DNA of 64,000 nt from Micropruina sp. (GTDB lineage: Bacteria; Actinomycetota; Actinomycetes; Propionibacteriales; Propionibacteriaceae). The notes under the pieces are model-generated. The model made no database searches. It was given only the letters and a program-made list of their open reading frames with translations, and had not been told where the DNA came from. Positions 47,707-57,559 of the stretch are shown here, in pieces (the stretch's first letter is position 1; each line of letters starts with the position of its first letter). Made by a program: the position numbers and the translations under genes. Where the stretch lies: positions 88,266-152,265 of the forward strand of contig JASGHC010000003.1 of NCBI GenBank assembly GCA_047602545.1, in the 5' to 3' direction.

Positions 47707-49040
47707 CCGAGAGCACCGAAGAACTGATCAAGCCCGTCGTCGCCGTCGTCGGACGGCCCAACGTCGGCAAGTCGATGCTGGTCAACCGGATCATCGGACG
47801 TCGCGAGGCGGTCGTCCAGGACATCCCCGGGGTGACGCGCGACCGGGTCTCCTACGACGCGTCCTGGAACGGCCGCGAGTTCGTCATCGTCGACACCGGC
47901 GGCTGGGCCCCCGATGCCAAGGGGTTGGCCGCGCAGATCGCCGAGCAGGCCGAACTGGCGATCGCCGCCGCCGACACGGTGCTTTTCGTGGTGGACGCCA
48001 CCGTCGGCATCCAGGACGTCGACGAGGCTGTCGTCGGCGTGCTGCGCCGCAGCAAGAAGCCGGTCGTGCTGGCCGCCAACAAGGTCGACGACGCCCGCAA
48101 CGAGGCCGAGGCGGCGACGATGTGGAACCTCGGCCTGGGCGAGCCGCACCCCGTCTCGGCACTGCACGGACGCGGCTCCGGCGACCTGCTCGACGCCCTG
48201 ATGGATGCCCTTCCGGACGCGCCGCGCGAATCCGACGAGGTGATTGGTGGTCCGCGCCGGGTGGCGATCGTGGGCCGTCCGAACGTCGGCAAGTCATCGC
48301 TGCTGAACAAGCTGGCGCACCAGCAGCGCTCGGTGGTCGATAACGTCGCCGGCACCACCGTCGACCCGGTCGACGAACTGGTCGAGGTGGGCGGCATCGT
48401 CTACCGGTTCATCGACACCGCCGGCATCCGGCGCCGGGTGAAGGAGGCGTCCGGGCACGAGTACTACGCCTCGCTGCGCACCGCGTCCGCGATCGAACGG
48501 GCCGAGGTGTGCGTGGTGGTGATCGACGCGTCCGAGCCGATCGCCGATCAGGACCTGCGGGTGATCGGCATGGCCGAAGAGGCCGGCAAGGCGCTGGTGA
48601 TCGCCTACAACAAGTGGGACCTGACCGACGAGGAACGCCGCCACTACCTCAATCGCGAGATCGAACAGGACATTCAGACGTTCTCCTGGGCGCCGTCGGT
48701 GAATATCTCTGCGCTCACCGGACGCGGCGTCGACCGGCTCTCGAAGGCCATCGAGACCGCGCTGGAAGGCTGGGAGACACGGGTGTCGACCGGCAAGCTG
48801 AACGCCTTCCTGGGCCGGATCACCGCGGCCCATCCGCACCCGGTGCGGGGCGGCAAGCAGTCCCGGATCCTGTTCGGCACTCAGGCACACACCGCCCCGC
48901 CCACGTTCGCGCTGTTCACCTCCGGACAACTCGACCCGGGCTACATCCGGTTCCTACGCCGCCGGCTCCGCGAGGAGTTCGGCTTCGCCGGGACGCCGGT
49001 GCACATCGAGGTCCGCGCCCGAGAGAAGCGCAAGAAGTAG
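47703..49040 (+). CDS. der: Ribosome-associated GTPase Der (EngA)
   Basis: Two GTPase domains are present ([12 protein letters not shown] and [12 protein letters not shown]), followed by a KH-like C-terminus. Confidence 0.95.
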   Translation: MTESTEELIKPVVAVVGRPNVGKSMLVNRIIGRREAVVQDIPGVTRDRVSYDASWNGREFVIVDTGGWAPDAKGLAAQIAEQAELAIAAADTVLFVVDATVGIQDVDEAVVGVLRRSKKPVVLAANKVDDARNEAEAATMWNLGLGEPHPVSALHGRGSGDLLDALMDALPDAPRESDEVIGGPRRVAIVGRPNVGKSSLLNKLAHQQRSVVDNVAGTTVDPVDELVEVGGIVYRFIDTAGIRRRVKEASGHEYYASLRTASAIERAEVCVVVIDASEPIADQDLRVIGMAEEAGKALVIAYNKWDLTDEERRHYLNREIEQDIQTFSWAPSVNISALTGRGVDRLSKAIETALEGWETRVSTGKLNAFLGRITAAHPHPVRGGKQSRILFGTQAHTAPPTFALFTSGQLDPGYIRFLRRRLREEFGFAGTPVHIEVRAREKRKK

Positions 49041-49054
49041 CTGAGCGTGGGGCG

Positions 49055-50140
49055 TTAGCTCTGCCCCTGCCCAGGCCACTGATTCTGGGACGACCCGGGC
49101 TGCGGAGTCCCATACCCAGGCTGGCCGGGGTACGGCTGCGGATACTCCGGCTGACCGGGCTGAGGGCCCTGCGGCGTGTAGCTGAACCCACCGAAGCCGG
49201 GCTGCTGCGGCGGCAACTCACTACGCCGCACCTGATCGATGAACATGTAGGTGTAGTAGGTCTGGACGAACGGGCTGGTGAACAGCTGCACGACGAGCTG
49301 CACCACGACCGTCACGGTGAACACCGGGATCAGTGCGAGCAGGTAGGCCAAGGCTTCCCCGGCTGACGGGTTGCGAGGCATGACGGCACCCACCATGCCG
49401 CCGGTGAGCTGGCCGATCGCGTTCAGCACCCAGAGCACGGCCGTGACGGCGAGTTGCGGGAGGATCGCGTAGCCGAACGTCCGCCAGAAGCTGCCCTTGG
49501 TCAGGCTCCAGGAGCGCTTCAGCGCTTCCACTCCGCCCAGCCCTTCAATGGCGACGGACGGCACCAGGTAGAGCAGCTTGGTCCACAGGAAGATCGACAC
49601 GGGGACGGCCACCAGGGTCAGGACGAAGAGCAGCCCGACGGCGCCGAGGACGGCCACACCGGGATCTCCTCCGTTGGCAACGCTGTTGACCATGCCCCAC
49701 ATAGAGGCGCCGACCAGCAGATAGAGGGCGATCATGATGCCGAAGAACAGGCCGATCACCGGTAGCAGCCGCGGCAGGTACCCGCGGGTACGGGCCAGCA
49801 GACCGCCGAAGTCGGGACTCTCGCCCTGCGCGATCTCGTAGGCGGCCTGCGACATCATGCCGTACATCTTGAGTTGAGCCAGCACCACCACAAGGCTGCC
49901 CACTGCGAAGATCGCGACGACGATCACCAGCGCGGTGAGCATGGCACTCTGGCTGGCGGTGACCGCAGCCCCGCCGGCCACTACCGCGGCAGCCAGGAAC
50001 AGGGCCAGCGACAGCAGCGACGGCGCGAGTGCAAGCAGGACGAACAGCCCGAAGCGCCGCTTGAGCGCCTCGAACGAACCGGCGAACAGCCCGGAAATGT
50101 CCATCGGGCTGGGACGAAGCAGGGGAGTGGGGCTGATCAC
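49055..50140 (-). CDS. Polytopic membrane protein with a Pro/Gln/Gly-rich C-terminal tail
   Basis: 361 aa with about 6-7 hydrophobic helices. The tail reads QQPGFGGFSYTPQGPQPGQPEYPQPYPGQPGYG. Confidence 0.7.
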   Translation of the reverse strand: MISPTPLLRPSPMDISGLFAGSFEALKRRFGLFVLLALAPSLLSLALFLAAAVVAGGAAVTASQSAMLTALVIVVAIFAVGSLVVVLAQLKMYGMMSQAAYEIAQGESPDFGGLLARTRGYLPRLLPVIGLFFGIMIALYLLVGASMWGMVNSVANGGDPGVAVLGAVGLLFVLTLVAVPVSIFLWTKLLYLVPSVAIEGLGGVEALKRSWSLTKGSFWRTFGYAILPQLAVTAVLWVLNAIGQLTGGMVGAVMPRNPSAGEALAYLLALIPVFTVTVVVQLVVQLFTSPFVQTYYTYMFIDQVRRSELPPQQPGFGGFSYTPQGPQPGQPEYPQPYPGQPGYGTPQPGSSQNQWPGQGQS

Positions 50141-50262
50141 CTGATCGAGTCTAGGGCGTCACACTGACAAGCGTGGGGACGTGCGCGGCGGCTCGCTTTG
50201 AGAGCGGCCGCCCGAACCGTGTAGGGTGATCCGTCGGAGCTCACCGAGCTTTGGAAGAAGAG

Positions 50263-50336
<74 letters not shown>

Positions 50337-50525
50337 CCGTTGAAAGGCCTTGCCAGAGGCACATTTCCGGGTCGGTTTCCGTTTTGCAGGACTATTGCAG
50401 GACTAGCGTTTCTCACACGCGATTCCTGAGTCGCAGGGGACAGGCATCGGATCGTGTGTCGCGAGTGTTCGGATAGGGTCGCCGTCCGGAGCGGTTCGAA
50501 CTAGACCAACGAAAGCAGGAGACCT

Positions 50526-50852
50526 GTGGCTCGGAAGACGCTCGTCATCGTGGAGGATGACCTGGGTGGAGGTGCTGCGGATGAGTCCGTGACCTTCGCG
50601 CTTGATGGCGCTACGTATGAGATTGATCTGAGTGCGGCGAATGCGGCTTCGCTGCGGGATGGGCTGAGTGTCTTCATTGCGGCTGCTCGTCGGGTGAGTG
50701 GCGGCCGTCGGATAGGCGGCGGTGGCCCCGCGCGTACCGACAAGGAGCAGTTGGACGCAATCCGGCGATGGGCCCGGGAGAACGGCTACGAGGTGTCGTC
50801 GCGTGGCCGGATCAGCAAGGTCGTCAGGGACGCCTACAACGCGTCGCGATAG
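50526..50852 (+). CDS. lsr2: Lsr2-family nucleoid-associated protein
   Basis: 108 aa. The N-terminal dimerisation part reads TLVIVEDDLGG...VTFALDGATYEIDLS. The C-terminal AT-hook-like DNA-binding part reads IRRWARENGYEVSSRGRISKVVRDAY. Confidence 0.87.
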   Translation: MARKTLVIVEDDLGGGAADESVTFALDGATYEIDLSAANAASLRDGLSVFIAAARRVSGGRRIGGGGPARTDKEQLDAIRRWARENGYEVSSRGRISKVVRDAYNASR

Positions 50853-50900
50853 CCATCGCGGTGTGTGGTGTGGCCAGCCGCGCTCGTTGCGCAGCGGGCG

Positions 50901-51098
50901 TTAGGTCCTGGCGGTGGGGACTCGTCGGAATAGGTGGTCCACGTCTGATGCCTTGACCCGGATGAGCCGTCGGCCATTGTGATACGCGGGCAGTTCGCCG
51001 GTGGCGATGCGGCGGCGGATTGTTTTGGTGCCCAGGCCGAAGATTTCGGCGGCCTGGACGATGCTCAGTAGCCGCGCGCCGCTGATCGTGGTGGTCAC
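50901..51098 (-). CDS. Excisionase-family / MerR-like helix-turn-helix DNA-binding protein
   Basis: 65 aa. LLSIVQAAEIFGLGTKTIRRRIATGELPAY is typical of Xis-type HTH proteins. Confidence 0.7.
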   Translation of the reverse strand: MTTTISGARLLSIVQAAEIFGLGTKTIRRRIATGELPAYHNGRRLIRVKASDVDHLFRRVPTART

Positions 51099-51388
51099 GA
51101 GTCCTCCTCTGGCCAGTGAAGTCTGTGCTTCCGTTGGCGGATCTGGACTTGGCTTGGACGTGCGGCGCTACCGAACAGGCACTCAAGGGTCGTGACCGGC
51201 TGACGGGAGTGGCTATGCGAACCGCCTCTGGCAAGGGGTGACGCTAGGCATTCCAACTTGGGGGTAGCCAAGAAGACCGATGCGACGTAGCGTGAAGATC
51301 CAATTGCTGAAGAAGTTTGAGGCTGCGGGGGCGTCCCAATCTCCACTATTCCTGACCTAGCTAGGGAGGTAGGTAGGAGGGAGCCGCC

Positions 51389-51649
51389 ATGGTGTCACGA
51401 GCGCCGCTCGTCGCGACCGCAAGCCCGGTCGCGATCCTGCTATCAGCGTGCACACCCACTGGCTCTCCCAGCCACTCTGCGTCATCGCCTTCGGTGTCCT
51501 CGTCGGTGGTTTCGGCCACGCCAACTCCTACTGCAACAGAGTCCTTGTCCGCTGCGGGGGACGGTTCACCGCGTCCTGGAACTGGGTCGATGGTGACCGG
51601 TGGTTGTGAAGACCGCACCGCCAGTGTCGGCATCCTGTGTGCCGGTTGA
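51389..51649 (+). CDS. Possible small Ser/Thr/Pro-rich lipoprotein
   Basis: A strong GGAGGGA lies upstream and the sequence has a lipobox-like ILLSAC. The composition is low-complexity, so the call is weak. Confidence 0.3.
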   Translation: MVSRAPLVATASPVAILLSACTPTGSPSHSASSPSVSSSVVSATPTPTATESLSAAGDGSPRPGTGSMVTGGCEDRTASVGILCAG

Positions 51650-51729
51650 TCCGGGATCTTGGCTTGACGTCCGCGCCGGGCGCGGCGGTTTAGCCTTTTG
51701 GAGGTGAGCCGGGCCGGGCTGCTGGCGAG

Positions 51730-51981
51730 CAGCGCAGGAGCGTCGGTCCTCGTCAGGCTTCGAGACTGTCGTCCATCCCGCAGTTGATGACGCGGTGGAA
51801 GCACCGGAGTCGTGGTCACCTTTTGGCCGGATGGAACCGCGAGCCGCGCGTCCGATCCCGAAGCGTCAACGGGTTTCCCTACCGTGTTGTCTACTTCGTT
51901 CGAGACGAACTGCTCACGGTGCTGGCCGTTGCCCACGAGAAGCGTCGTCCTGGCTACTGGAGAGACCGCGTGATTCCGTAG
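51730..51981 (+). pseudogene. RelE/ParE-family toxin remnant (frameshifted)
   Basis: The C-terminal frame reads FPYRVVYFVRDELLTVLAVAHEKRRPGYW. The upstream ParE-like part (HPAVDDAVEAPESW) is in a different frame. Confidence 0.4.
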
Positions 51982-52035
51982 CGCCAGGCCGATGGAAGTG
52001 TCTGATCCCACCTTGCCCGGTGTCCGGTCATAGGT

Positions 52036-52061
52036 CATACTGAACCATATGGTTCAGTATG
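52036..52061. promoter_or_regulatory. 26-bp perfect palindrome (CATACTGAACCATATGGTTCAGTATG), likely an ArsR-family operator
   Basis: Read directly. It is centred on the ATG of the ArsR-family gene. The TGAAC...GTTCA arms resemble ArsR/SmtB operators. Confidence 0.6.
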
Positions 52062-52396
52062 TGGAGGTGCGCCTCGACACCTCGTTCGCGGCACTCGCGG
52101 ATTCGACCCGGCGCGGCGTGCTCGGCCGGCTGGGACTTGCCGATGCGTCGATCAGCGACCTGGCCGATGCCGCCCAGATGACCCTCACCGGTATGGGCAA
52201 GCACGTCGGCGTGCTGGAACGGGCCGGACTGGTCACGACGCGCAAGGTCGGACGCGTGCGCCTGTGCCAGCTCGGCTCGAACACTCTCGCGGACGAGACG
52301 GAGTGGCTCACGCGTCATCGTCAGCTTTGGGTTGCGCGCTTCGACGAACTGGACCGGATCGTCGACGAACTCAAACGAAATGGAGATGACCGATGA
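52049..52396 (+). CDS. ArsR/SmtB-family transcriptional regulator
   Basis: FAALADSTRRGVLGRL...SISDLA...LTGMGKHVGVLERAGLV is a wHTH of the ArsR type. Confidence 0.85.
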   Translation: MVQYVEVRLDTSFAALADSTRRGVLGRLGLADASISDLADAAQMTLTGMGKHVGVLERAGLVTTRKVGRVRLCQLGSNTLADETEWLTRHRQLWVARFDELDRIVDELKRNGDDR

Positions 52397-52914
52397 GCGG
52401 CAGCAGCGCTGGTGGCAATGTTCCGATCCGGCCCGAGACGACGGTGGAGCGAGTGTCGCCGAGTGAGGTCGTGGTCACCCGGACCTTCGACGCGCCGGCG
52501 CGACTGGTGTTCGCGGCCTGGACCCGCGCCGAACTGTTCGAGCGCTGGTGGGTGCCCCGATCGTTGGGCATGAAGCTGCTCGCGTGCGAGCTCGACGTTC
52601 GCACCGGCGGCAGCTACCGACTGGTGTTCGATCAAGGGGACGCGGAGCCGATCGCGTTCTTCGGCACCTACCTCGAAGTGGTTCCCGATGCTCGCTTGGT
52701 CTGGACCAACGACGAAGGCGGCGAACCAGGGCCTGTCACCACGGTCACCTTTGAGGAACAGGACGGGCGCACCCTGCTGGTCATGCGGGAACGACACTCC
52801 TCCAAGGAGTCCCTGGACGAGTCGGGCCTGGGAGCGGCGGAGGCGACGGTCGAGAGCTTTGCGCAGCTCGATGAGGTTGTGGCGGACTTGGTGACCGGCG
52901 CGACGCGTCCGTGA
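52393..52914 (+). CDS. SRPBCC / AHSA1-like (START-fold) protein
   Basis: VVTRTFDAPARLVFAAWTRAELFERWW...GGSYRLVF. It is the typical partner gene of ArsR regulators, with overlapping stop and start. Confidence 0.85.
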   Translation: MSGSSAGGNVPIRPETTVERVSPSEVVVTRTFDAPARLVFAAWTRAELFERWWVPRSLGMKLLACELDVRTGGSYRLVFDQGDAEPIAFFGTYLEVVPDARLVWTNDEGGEPGPVTTVTFEEQDGRTLLVMRERHSSKESLDESGLGAAEATVESFAQLDEVVADLVTGATRP

Positions 52915-52951
52915 GGCTCTGCCGGCGTGTGCGCATCTACACTGGTTCGCC

Positions 52952-53492
52952 GTGGATGCGACCGAGCTTGCCGAGGCGCTGCGCGTAGCGCGTGTGGCTG
53001 AACGCATGGGTTTGCTCGGTGCGGGTGACTGGCCGGATTTCGCCGCCACGCTCTTTCTCGAAGGAGTCGAAGATCTCGAGATTATCGAGTTGGCCGGATT
53101 CAACCAGTCCGTCAGCCCGTGGCAAGTCAACCCGCTGACCACGTCCCTGTACGAGAGGCATGCGACAGCCCCCGCAGGACGCGGACGCTGCTGTCGCGAC
53201 GCTCGCGCGGCTGCTGGCGGCGGATCTCCGAGCCCGTCCCAGCAGCGTCACCGGGCCGATGATCCGGCTTCTGGCTCGGCTGGCGCCGCCAGACTTCGAG
53301 TCAGATTTGGCCACGCAGTGCTTCGGTGCCGAAGAGTATCTGGACTGCGACTGCTCAGGTCAGGTGGATCCGGCATGGGAAGCCGAACTCGAGGGGTTGC
53401 CTGGCGTTGGAATCCCCGACTCCATCAACCAGGCACTGGCGGCCCCGCTCCGCTCGACGCTTCCCCCTGTGCAGCGTCTCCACGGCCACTGA
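52952..53492 (+). pseudogene. Hypothetical gene, apparently frameshifted near 53150-53165
   Basis: Protein-like sequence runs VDATELAEAL...TSLYERH in one frame, then MRQPPQDADAAVATLARLL...QRLHGH in another. The junction is at a CCCCC run. Confidence 0.3.
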
Positions 53493-54084
53493 GTGCAGGG
53501 GTTGGCGCAACCTGGGACTGTCGCGCCGCTCGTAGGGCGACCCGTACGAGGTCGCCTGGTGTGACGGTCTCGGCGGGCTGGGCAGGCTCGGTCAAAGAGG
53601 AGCCAGCCCGGCGCCCGGCGAAGGCGATTAGCTTCAGAACGGCGATGAGTTCGAGGGGAGCGACAGGCAGCAGTCTTCCGGACGGCAGAGGCACGAGATC
53701 CGCGTGGGCCGCCGCTTCGGCGCAACCGAGGACGCTGAGGCTGGACTCGTGGATAACCACCTCGCCGTCGCGTTCGAGGTCGCCGAAAGGCACCACGTCC
53801 ACTTGCTGCCCGAGCAACCTCCTGCGCTGCCAGGCTCGTGTCGGTTCGCCGATGGTCGCCAGCATCGCGTCGAAGTCGACGGCGTCATGGGCGGCGATGG
53901 CGATGTCAACATCGTTGGTCGCGCGACGTGGCAGCGTAACGTCGCCAAGGATGAGGGCGAGGTCTCGGGCTGCGGCACCGATGAGTACCCATCGTCCGGG
54001 GGCGCCAAGGGCATCCACCAGGGCATTCAGCAGTTCGCCGGGGACGGGGAGGTCGCCCTCAGCCAAGGGTGCGAAGGTGCGCAT
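53425..54084 (-). CDS. Nucleotidyltransferase-fold protein (AbiEii/MNT-like, putative toxin)
   Basis: WVLIGAAARDL...TNDVDIAI follows the G[SA]xxxxD...DxD pattern of the pol-beta nucleotidyltransferase fold. The start is uncertain. Confidence 0.45.
   Translation of the reverse strand: MRTFAPLAEGDLPVPGELLNALVDALGAPGRWVLIGAAARDLALILGDVTLPRRATNDVDIAIAAHDAVDFDAMLATIGEPTRAWQRRRLLGQQVDVVPFGDLERDGEVVIHESSLSVLGCAEAAAHADLVPLPSGRLLPVAPLELIAVLKLIAFAGRRAGSSLTEPAQPAETVTPGDLVRVALRAARQSQVAPTPALSGRGDAAQGEASSGAGPPVPG
53430..53499. repeat. Direct repeat copy A (about 70 bp, about 85% identical to 55145..55214)
   Basis: CAGGCACTGGCGGCCCCGCTCCGCTCGACGCTTCCCC...CCACTGAG aligns with copy B and includes the TGA at the equivalent position. 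Confidence 0.7.
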
Positions 54085-55084
54085 CGCTCCTCCTGAGCTT
54101 GGTTGCGATCTCTTGTGAGCGGGAGTCACCGTCGCGGAGCAGGTCCCCGTAGATCAAGACGCTTGGCACCAACCCGGGTTGCGACGCGGGCAGTCCGTCT
54201 CCCCAGAAGCGCTCCCGGACCTCGATCCGGAACGGAGTCGGGTCGGTCGTGAGGCGCAGCAGAGTGACGGCGGGGCCGAGAGCCGCGGCGTAGACGATGC
54301 CATCAGTGGCGCGTACCCGATCGTCCAGGACCGCTGCTGCGGCGATTCCGCCGAGGAGGATGGTGCCCTCGGTTTCGGCTCGCACCGTGCCTGACCATCG
54401 ATCGTCAGCGGCGTACAACGCCCGAGGCGAGAGCGGACGCACCGCCAGCCTTCGATAGGAGTCTGCCCAGGCGTCGAGCAGCCGGCCGGGGTGGTGGAGT
54501 CGCCCATCTAGGAGGAGCCCTGCGTCGGTGAGTTGGGCAAAGGTGTTGTGGACAGTGCCGATCGAGGCGCGTGCGACCGTGGCCAGCGCGCGCACTGGGC
54601 TGGCCGCCAGGTCGGGGTTGGCCAGGAGTGAGAAAGCCACCCGATGGCTGGCCCGGTTGAGTGCCAGGGCCCCAGGGGCTCGCTTCGCCTGCGCTTCTCG
54701 GCTCGCCGACTTGGCATGCATTCCGATGCGGCCGGGTTTGTGCACCCGCGCGAACAGCACCGTGCGCCCGTCCAGCGACACGTGGGCGTTGCCACGCTCG
54801 TCCAGGAAGCTGACGCCGGCGTCCGCGAGGCGGTGCACTGTGACGTCGTCAAAGCCGCTGTTCACCAGCAACGGTAGCCATCCCGGCTCCTCCTCCGGTG
54901 TCCTCGGGTTCGGGTCAACGGGGTGGACCTGGACCCGATGGAGCGATGACCCGTGACGTAGGACGAGCCGACGGCCGCTGGCGGGCTGTACCGACAAGGC
55001 GGTGACGTCCTTCATCCCCGCGCGTACTAAGCCCCGCTGGACGAGTCGCGCCAACTCGTCGCCTTGGGTGTTCACAAAGCCCAT
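54059..55084 (-). CDS. wHTH-containing protein (AbiEi-like putative antitoxin/regulator)
   Basis: An internal ATG is chosen (MGFVNTQGDELARLV). The central region reads VRALATVARASIGTVHNTFAQLTDAGLL. It lies directly upstream of the nucleotidyltransferase gene. Confidence 0.4.
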   Translation of the reverse strand: MGFVNTQGDELARLVQRGLVRAGMKDVTALSVQPASGRRLVLRHGSSLHRVQVHPVDPNPRTPEEEPGWLPLLVNSGFDDVTVHRLADAGVSFLDERGNAHVSLDGRTVLFARVHKPGRIGMHAKSASREAQAKRAPGALALNRASHRVAFSLLANPDLAASPVRALATVARASIGTVHNTFAQLTDAGLLLDGRLHHPGRLLDAWADSYRRLAVRPLSPRALYAADDRWSGTVRAETEGTILLGGIAAAAVLDDRVRATDGIVYAAALGPAVTLLRLTTDPTPFRIEVRERFWGDGLPASQPGLVPSVLIYGDLLRDGDSRSQEIATKLRRSDAHLRTLG

Positions 55085-55144
55085 ACGTTCAATATAACTG
55101 AACGATCGCGGGTGTTGAACAGCAGTGCGCATGCCGCTGTCACT

Positions 55145-55214
55145 CAGGCAATGGCGGCCCCGCTCCGCTCGACGCTTCCCCTTGTGCAGCCGCCAAACAG
55201 CCACTGAGCGCAGG
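55145..55214. repeat. Direct repeat copy B (partner of 53430..53499)
   Basis: CAGGCAATGGCGGCCCCGCTCCGCTCGACGCTTCCCC...CCACTGAG. Confidence 0.7.
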
Positions 55215-55381
55215 TGCCGGTGCACCCGGACCGCCCCCGTCGCCGGTGGTGCGGTACCCGCTGTTTCATGAACGCTGGCCGGTTCGCGGCGTCGGTTTCT
55301 GATCTACGTTCGCGTCATGACACGCTTTCCCTCGTTCGCTCGCTGGCGCCCGTAGCCGCGACTGTTGGAGGGAGACCGACC

Positions 55382-56497
55382 ATGGCGATACCTCTCTCAC
55401 CACTGGAGGTGCTTGGCTGGGAGGTGCTCCGGCGCTCCGGGAAGCGTCGTCCGGTCGAGGTGACGCCGGTGCCGATTCCGATCCTGACCCGGCGGATCGT
55501 GGACGGCGTCCCGCAGGGGTTGACCGGCGGTGACGCGTTCGCCGACGTGCTGGAGTTCGTCCGCGGGGACGAGGGGCGGATGGCTGTGACCGTCGTGTCG
55601 CATCCGACGCCGGAGGTCGTCGCCGAGTTGGCGGACGCGTGGCAGCTTCATCCGCTGCTGGTCGAAGACCTGGTGCAGGCCGACCAGCGTCCGAAGGTGG
55701 AGCGCTACGGGGAGGTGTTGTTCGTCGCCGTCCGTTCGGCCCGCTACGTGGACGCCACCGAAGAGGTCGAGTTCAGCGAGTTCCATCTCCTGGTGCAGTC
55801 CGAGGCGCTGGTCATCGTCTGCCAGGACGGACGGCTCACCGACGGCACCGTGATCACCGCCGGCACGGACTCCGAGCAGGTGTCGCTGGGCGACGGTGCC
55901 GAATTGTTCAGCAACCCGGATCTGCTGCGACTCGGGCCGGAGGCGCTGGTCTACCAGCTGCTCGACACGATCGTCGACGGCTACTTCCCGGTGATCGACG
56001 GGTTGCAGACCGACAAGGAACAGATCGAACGGCAGGTGTTCAGCGGCGATGCGGCAGCCGCCGAACGTATCTATCGGCTGAGTGAAGAGGTCATCGACCT
56101 GCTGCATGCGACGACCGCCCTTTCGAAGGTGCTCCGCCGCTTCAACGTCGGCGCCAAGAAGTACCAGCTGCCGGCCGAACTGCTCACCTACCTGCACGAC
56201 CTGGACGACCGCCTCAGCCACGTCATCGGCGAGACGAGTGAGCTGCGCGATGCGCTCTCCCAGATTTTGAATGTGAATGCGACGTTGGTTGCGCAGCGCC
56301 AGAACGAGGATATGAAGAAGATCTCGGGTTGGGCGGCGATCCTGTTCGCCCCTACTTTGATCGCCGCGGTGTACGGGATGAACTTCGACGTGATGCCGGA
56401 ACTGCATTGGACGATCGGCTACCCGGTTGCGGTCGGTGCGATGGTCGCCTTCGCATTGCTGCTGTACCTGATCTTCAAGTGGAAGAAATGGATGTAG
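55382..56497 (+). CDS. corA: CorA-family magnesium/cobalt transporter
   Basis: YGMNF (GMN motif) is followed by two C-terminal TM helices. An ATG with GGAGGGA upstream is chosen inside ORF 55214..56497. Confidence 0.9.
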   Translation: MAIPLSPLEVLGWEVLRRSGKRRPVEVTPVPIPILTRRIVDGVPQGLTGGDAFADVLEFVRGDEGRMAVTVVSHPTPEVVAELADAWQLHPLLVEDLVQADQRPKVERYGEVLFVAVRSARYVDATEEVEFSEFHLLVQSEALVIVCQDGRLTDGTVITAGTDSEQVSLGDGAELFSNPDLLRLGPEALVYQLLDTIVDGYFPVIDGLQTDKEQIERQVFSGDAAAAERIYRLSEEVIDLLHATTALSKVLRRFNVGAKKYQLPAELLTYLHDLDDRLSHVIGETSELRDALSQILNVNATLVAQRQNEDMKKISGWAAILFAPTLIAAVYGMNFDVMPELHWTIGYPVAVGAMVAFALLLYLIFKWKKWM

Positions 56498-56745
56498 CAG
56501 CCTCGCGAGTTCGATACCGGTCAGCTCGGACATCGTCCTAAGTAGGCGAGGGCCGTCCGCCGGTAGCGCACAGTATGCGTTGCACCTGAGCGTCCACCTG
56601 CCAGGTTTCCGACGAACTCAACCAGTGGCGTTGATCAGCGGTCCCCGAGGACAACGACCACTTCGCCACCGGCGGCACCAGTCGATGATGTAACGCTCGG
56701 ACATGTCAGGGCGCCAGCAACTCCCGTCCCTGCAAGGAGACCACC

Positions 56746-57558
56746 ATGAATGACGTCGATGACGCCCTGACCCGGCTTGTCGCTGAAGCCGATCCGCTGC
56801 CACAGTCCGATGACCCGGGGAGCGTGGATCGGGCGTGGGCAATGGTTGAGGCGGAGCTGTTCGATGATCCGGCCGTGACACCGTTCCGGCGGGGAAGCCG
56901 GTGGCGCCGCGTCGGGGTGGTGGGTGTTGTCGCGGCGGTCGGACTGGCGGCCAGCGCGGGCACGGTGTACCTCTCGACGCGGACGGGCGAGCACAACCCT
57001 CCCGAGTCGGTGGCGGCAGGTGGCCCGGGGGAGAACTATCGGCTGAACGGCACCGATTTCGCCGCTGAACTCGCCAAGCTCGCCTCGGACGTCCCTTACC
57101 CGAACGCGGCAGCGCGCACCGCAAACCTGGCGGCGATCGTGCGGGACGCGAGCCGGGACGACGAGTCGAGTCAGGCGTCCACCGGCGCGTTGCGAGCCGA
57201 GATCGCCCGCGGCGCGATCTGCGCCTGGACGCTCTCCTGGCAGTCCGATCACACCACGAAGGCTCGTCGTACCGCGACGGCCGCGTTGCGCGGTGCGATG
57301 TCGTGGCCTGCGGTGACCGACGTTGACCCGAAGCCGGCAATCGACGGCTACCGTTCGGACGGAGGTGCTGGCCCGACCGTGTTCGGCCATCTGCCGGGCA
57401 TCATCGAGGCCGCCATCAACGGCGATGAGGCTGGGCTGGCGGCGGCGCTTGATGAGTCCGCGTACTGCGCCGTTACCGATCGGCCCGCGGTCGCCGCGAA
57501 TCAGGCAGCTGCGCCCACCGGCCCCGCGGGCACGCCGGCTCCGACGACCAGGCCGTGA
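56746..57558 (+). CDS. Single-pass membrane protein, possible anti-sigma factor
   Basis: 270 aa with one TM segment (WRRVGVVGVVAAVGLAASAGTVYL). The stop abuts the start of the ECF sigma gene. No family was recognised. Confidence 0.45.
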   Translation: MNDVDDALTRLVAEADPLPQSDDPGSVDRAWAMVEAELFDDPAVTPFRRGSRWRRVGVVGVVAAVGLAASAGTVYLSTRTGEHNPPESVAAGGPGENYRLNGTDFAAELAKLASDVPYPNAAARTANLAAIVRDASRDDESSQASTGALRAEIARGAICAWTLSWQSDHTTKARRTATAALRGAMSWPAVTDVDPKPAIDGYRSDGGAGPTVFGHLPGIIEAAINGDEAGLAAALDESAYCAVTDRPAVAANQAAAPTGPAGTPAPTTRP

Positions 57559-57559
57559 C

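Noticed and set aside
51361-52038. 225-aa minus-strand ORF and the 83-aa ORF 51095..51346.
   Set aside because: Their composition is low-complexity and Arg/Ser/Pro-rich. The larger ORF overlaps the ParE-like remnant and the lipoprotein-like ORF on the other strand. No motif was recognised.
50337-52040. Intact prophage or ICE integrated at tRNA-Pro.
   Set aside because: There is no integrase, no structural or conjugation genes, and no duplicated tRNA 3' segment within the window. Only an Xis-like gene, lsr2 and remnants are present.
52937-54118. ORFs 52937..53314 (-) and 52952..54118 (+, 388 aa) as real genes over their full length.
   Set aside because: Only the first 70 codons or so of the plus ORF look protein-like. 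The remainder is off-frame text antisense to the nucleotidyltransferase gene.
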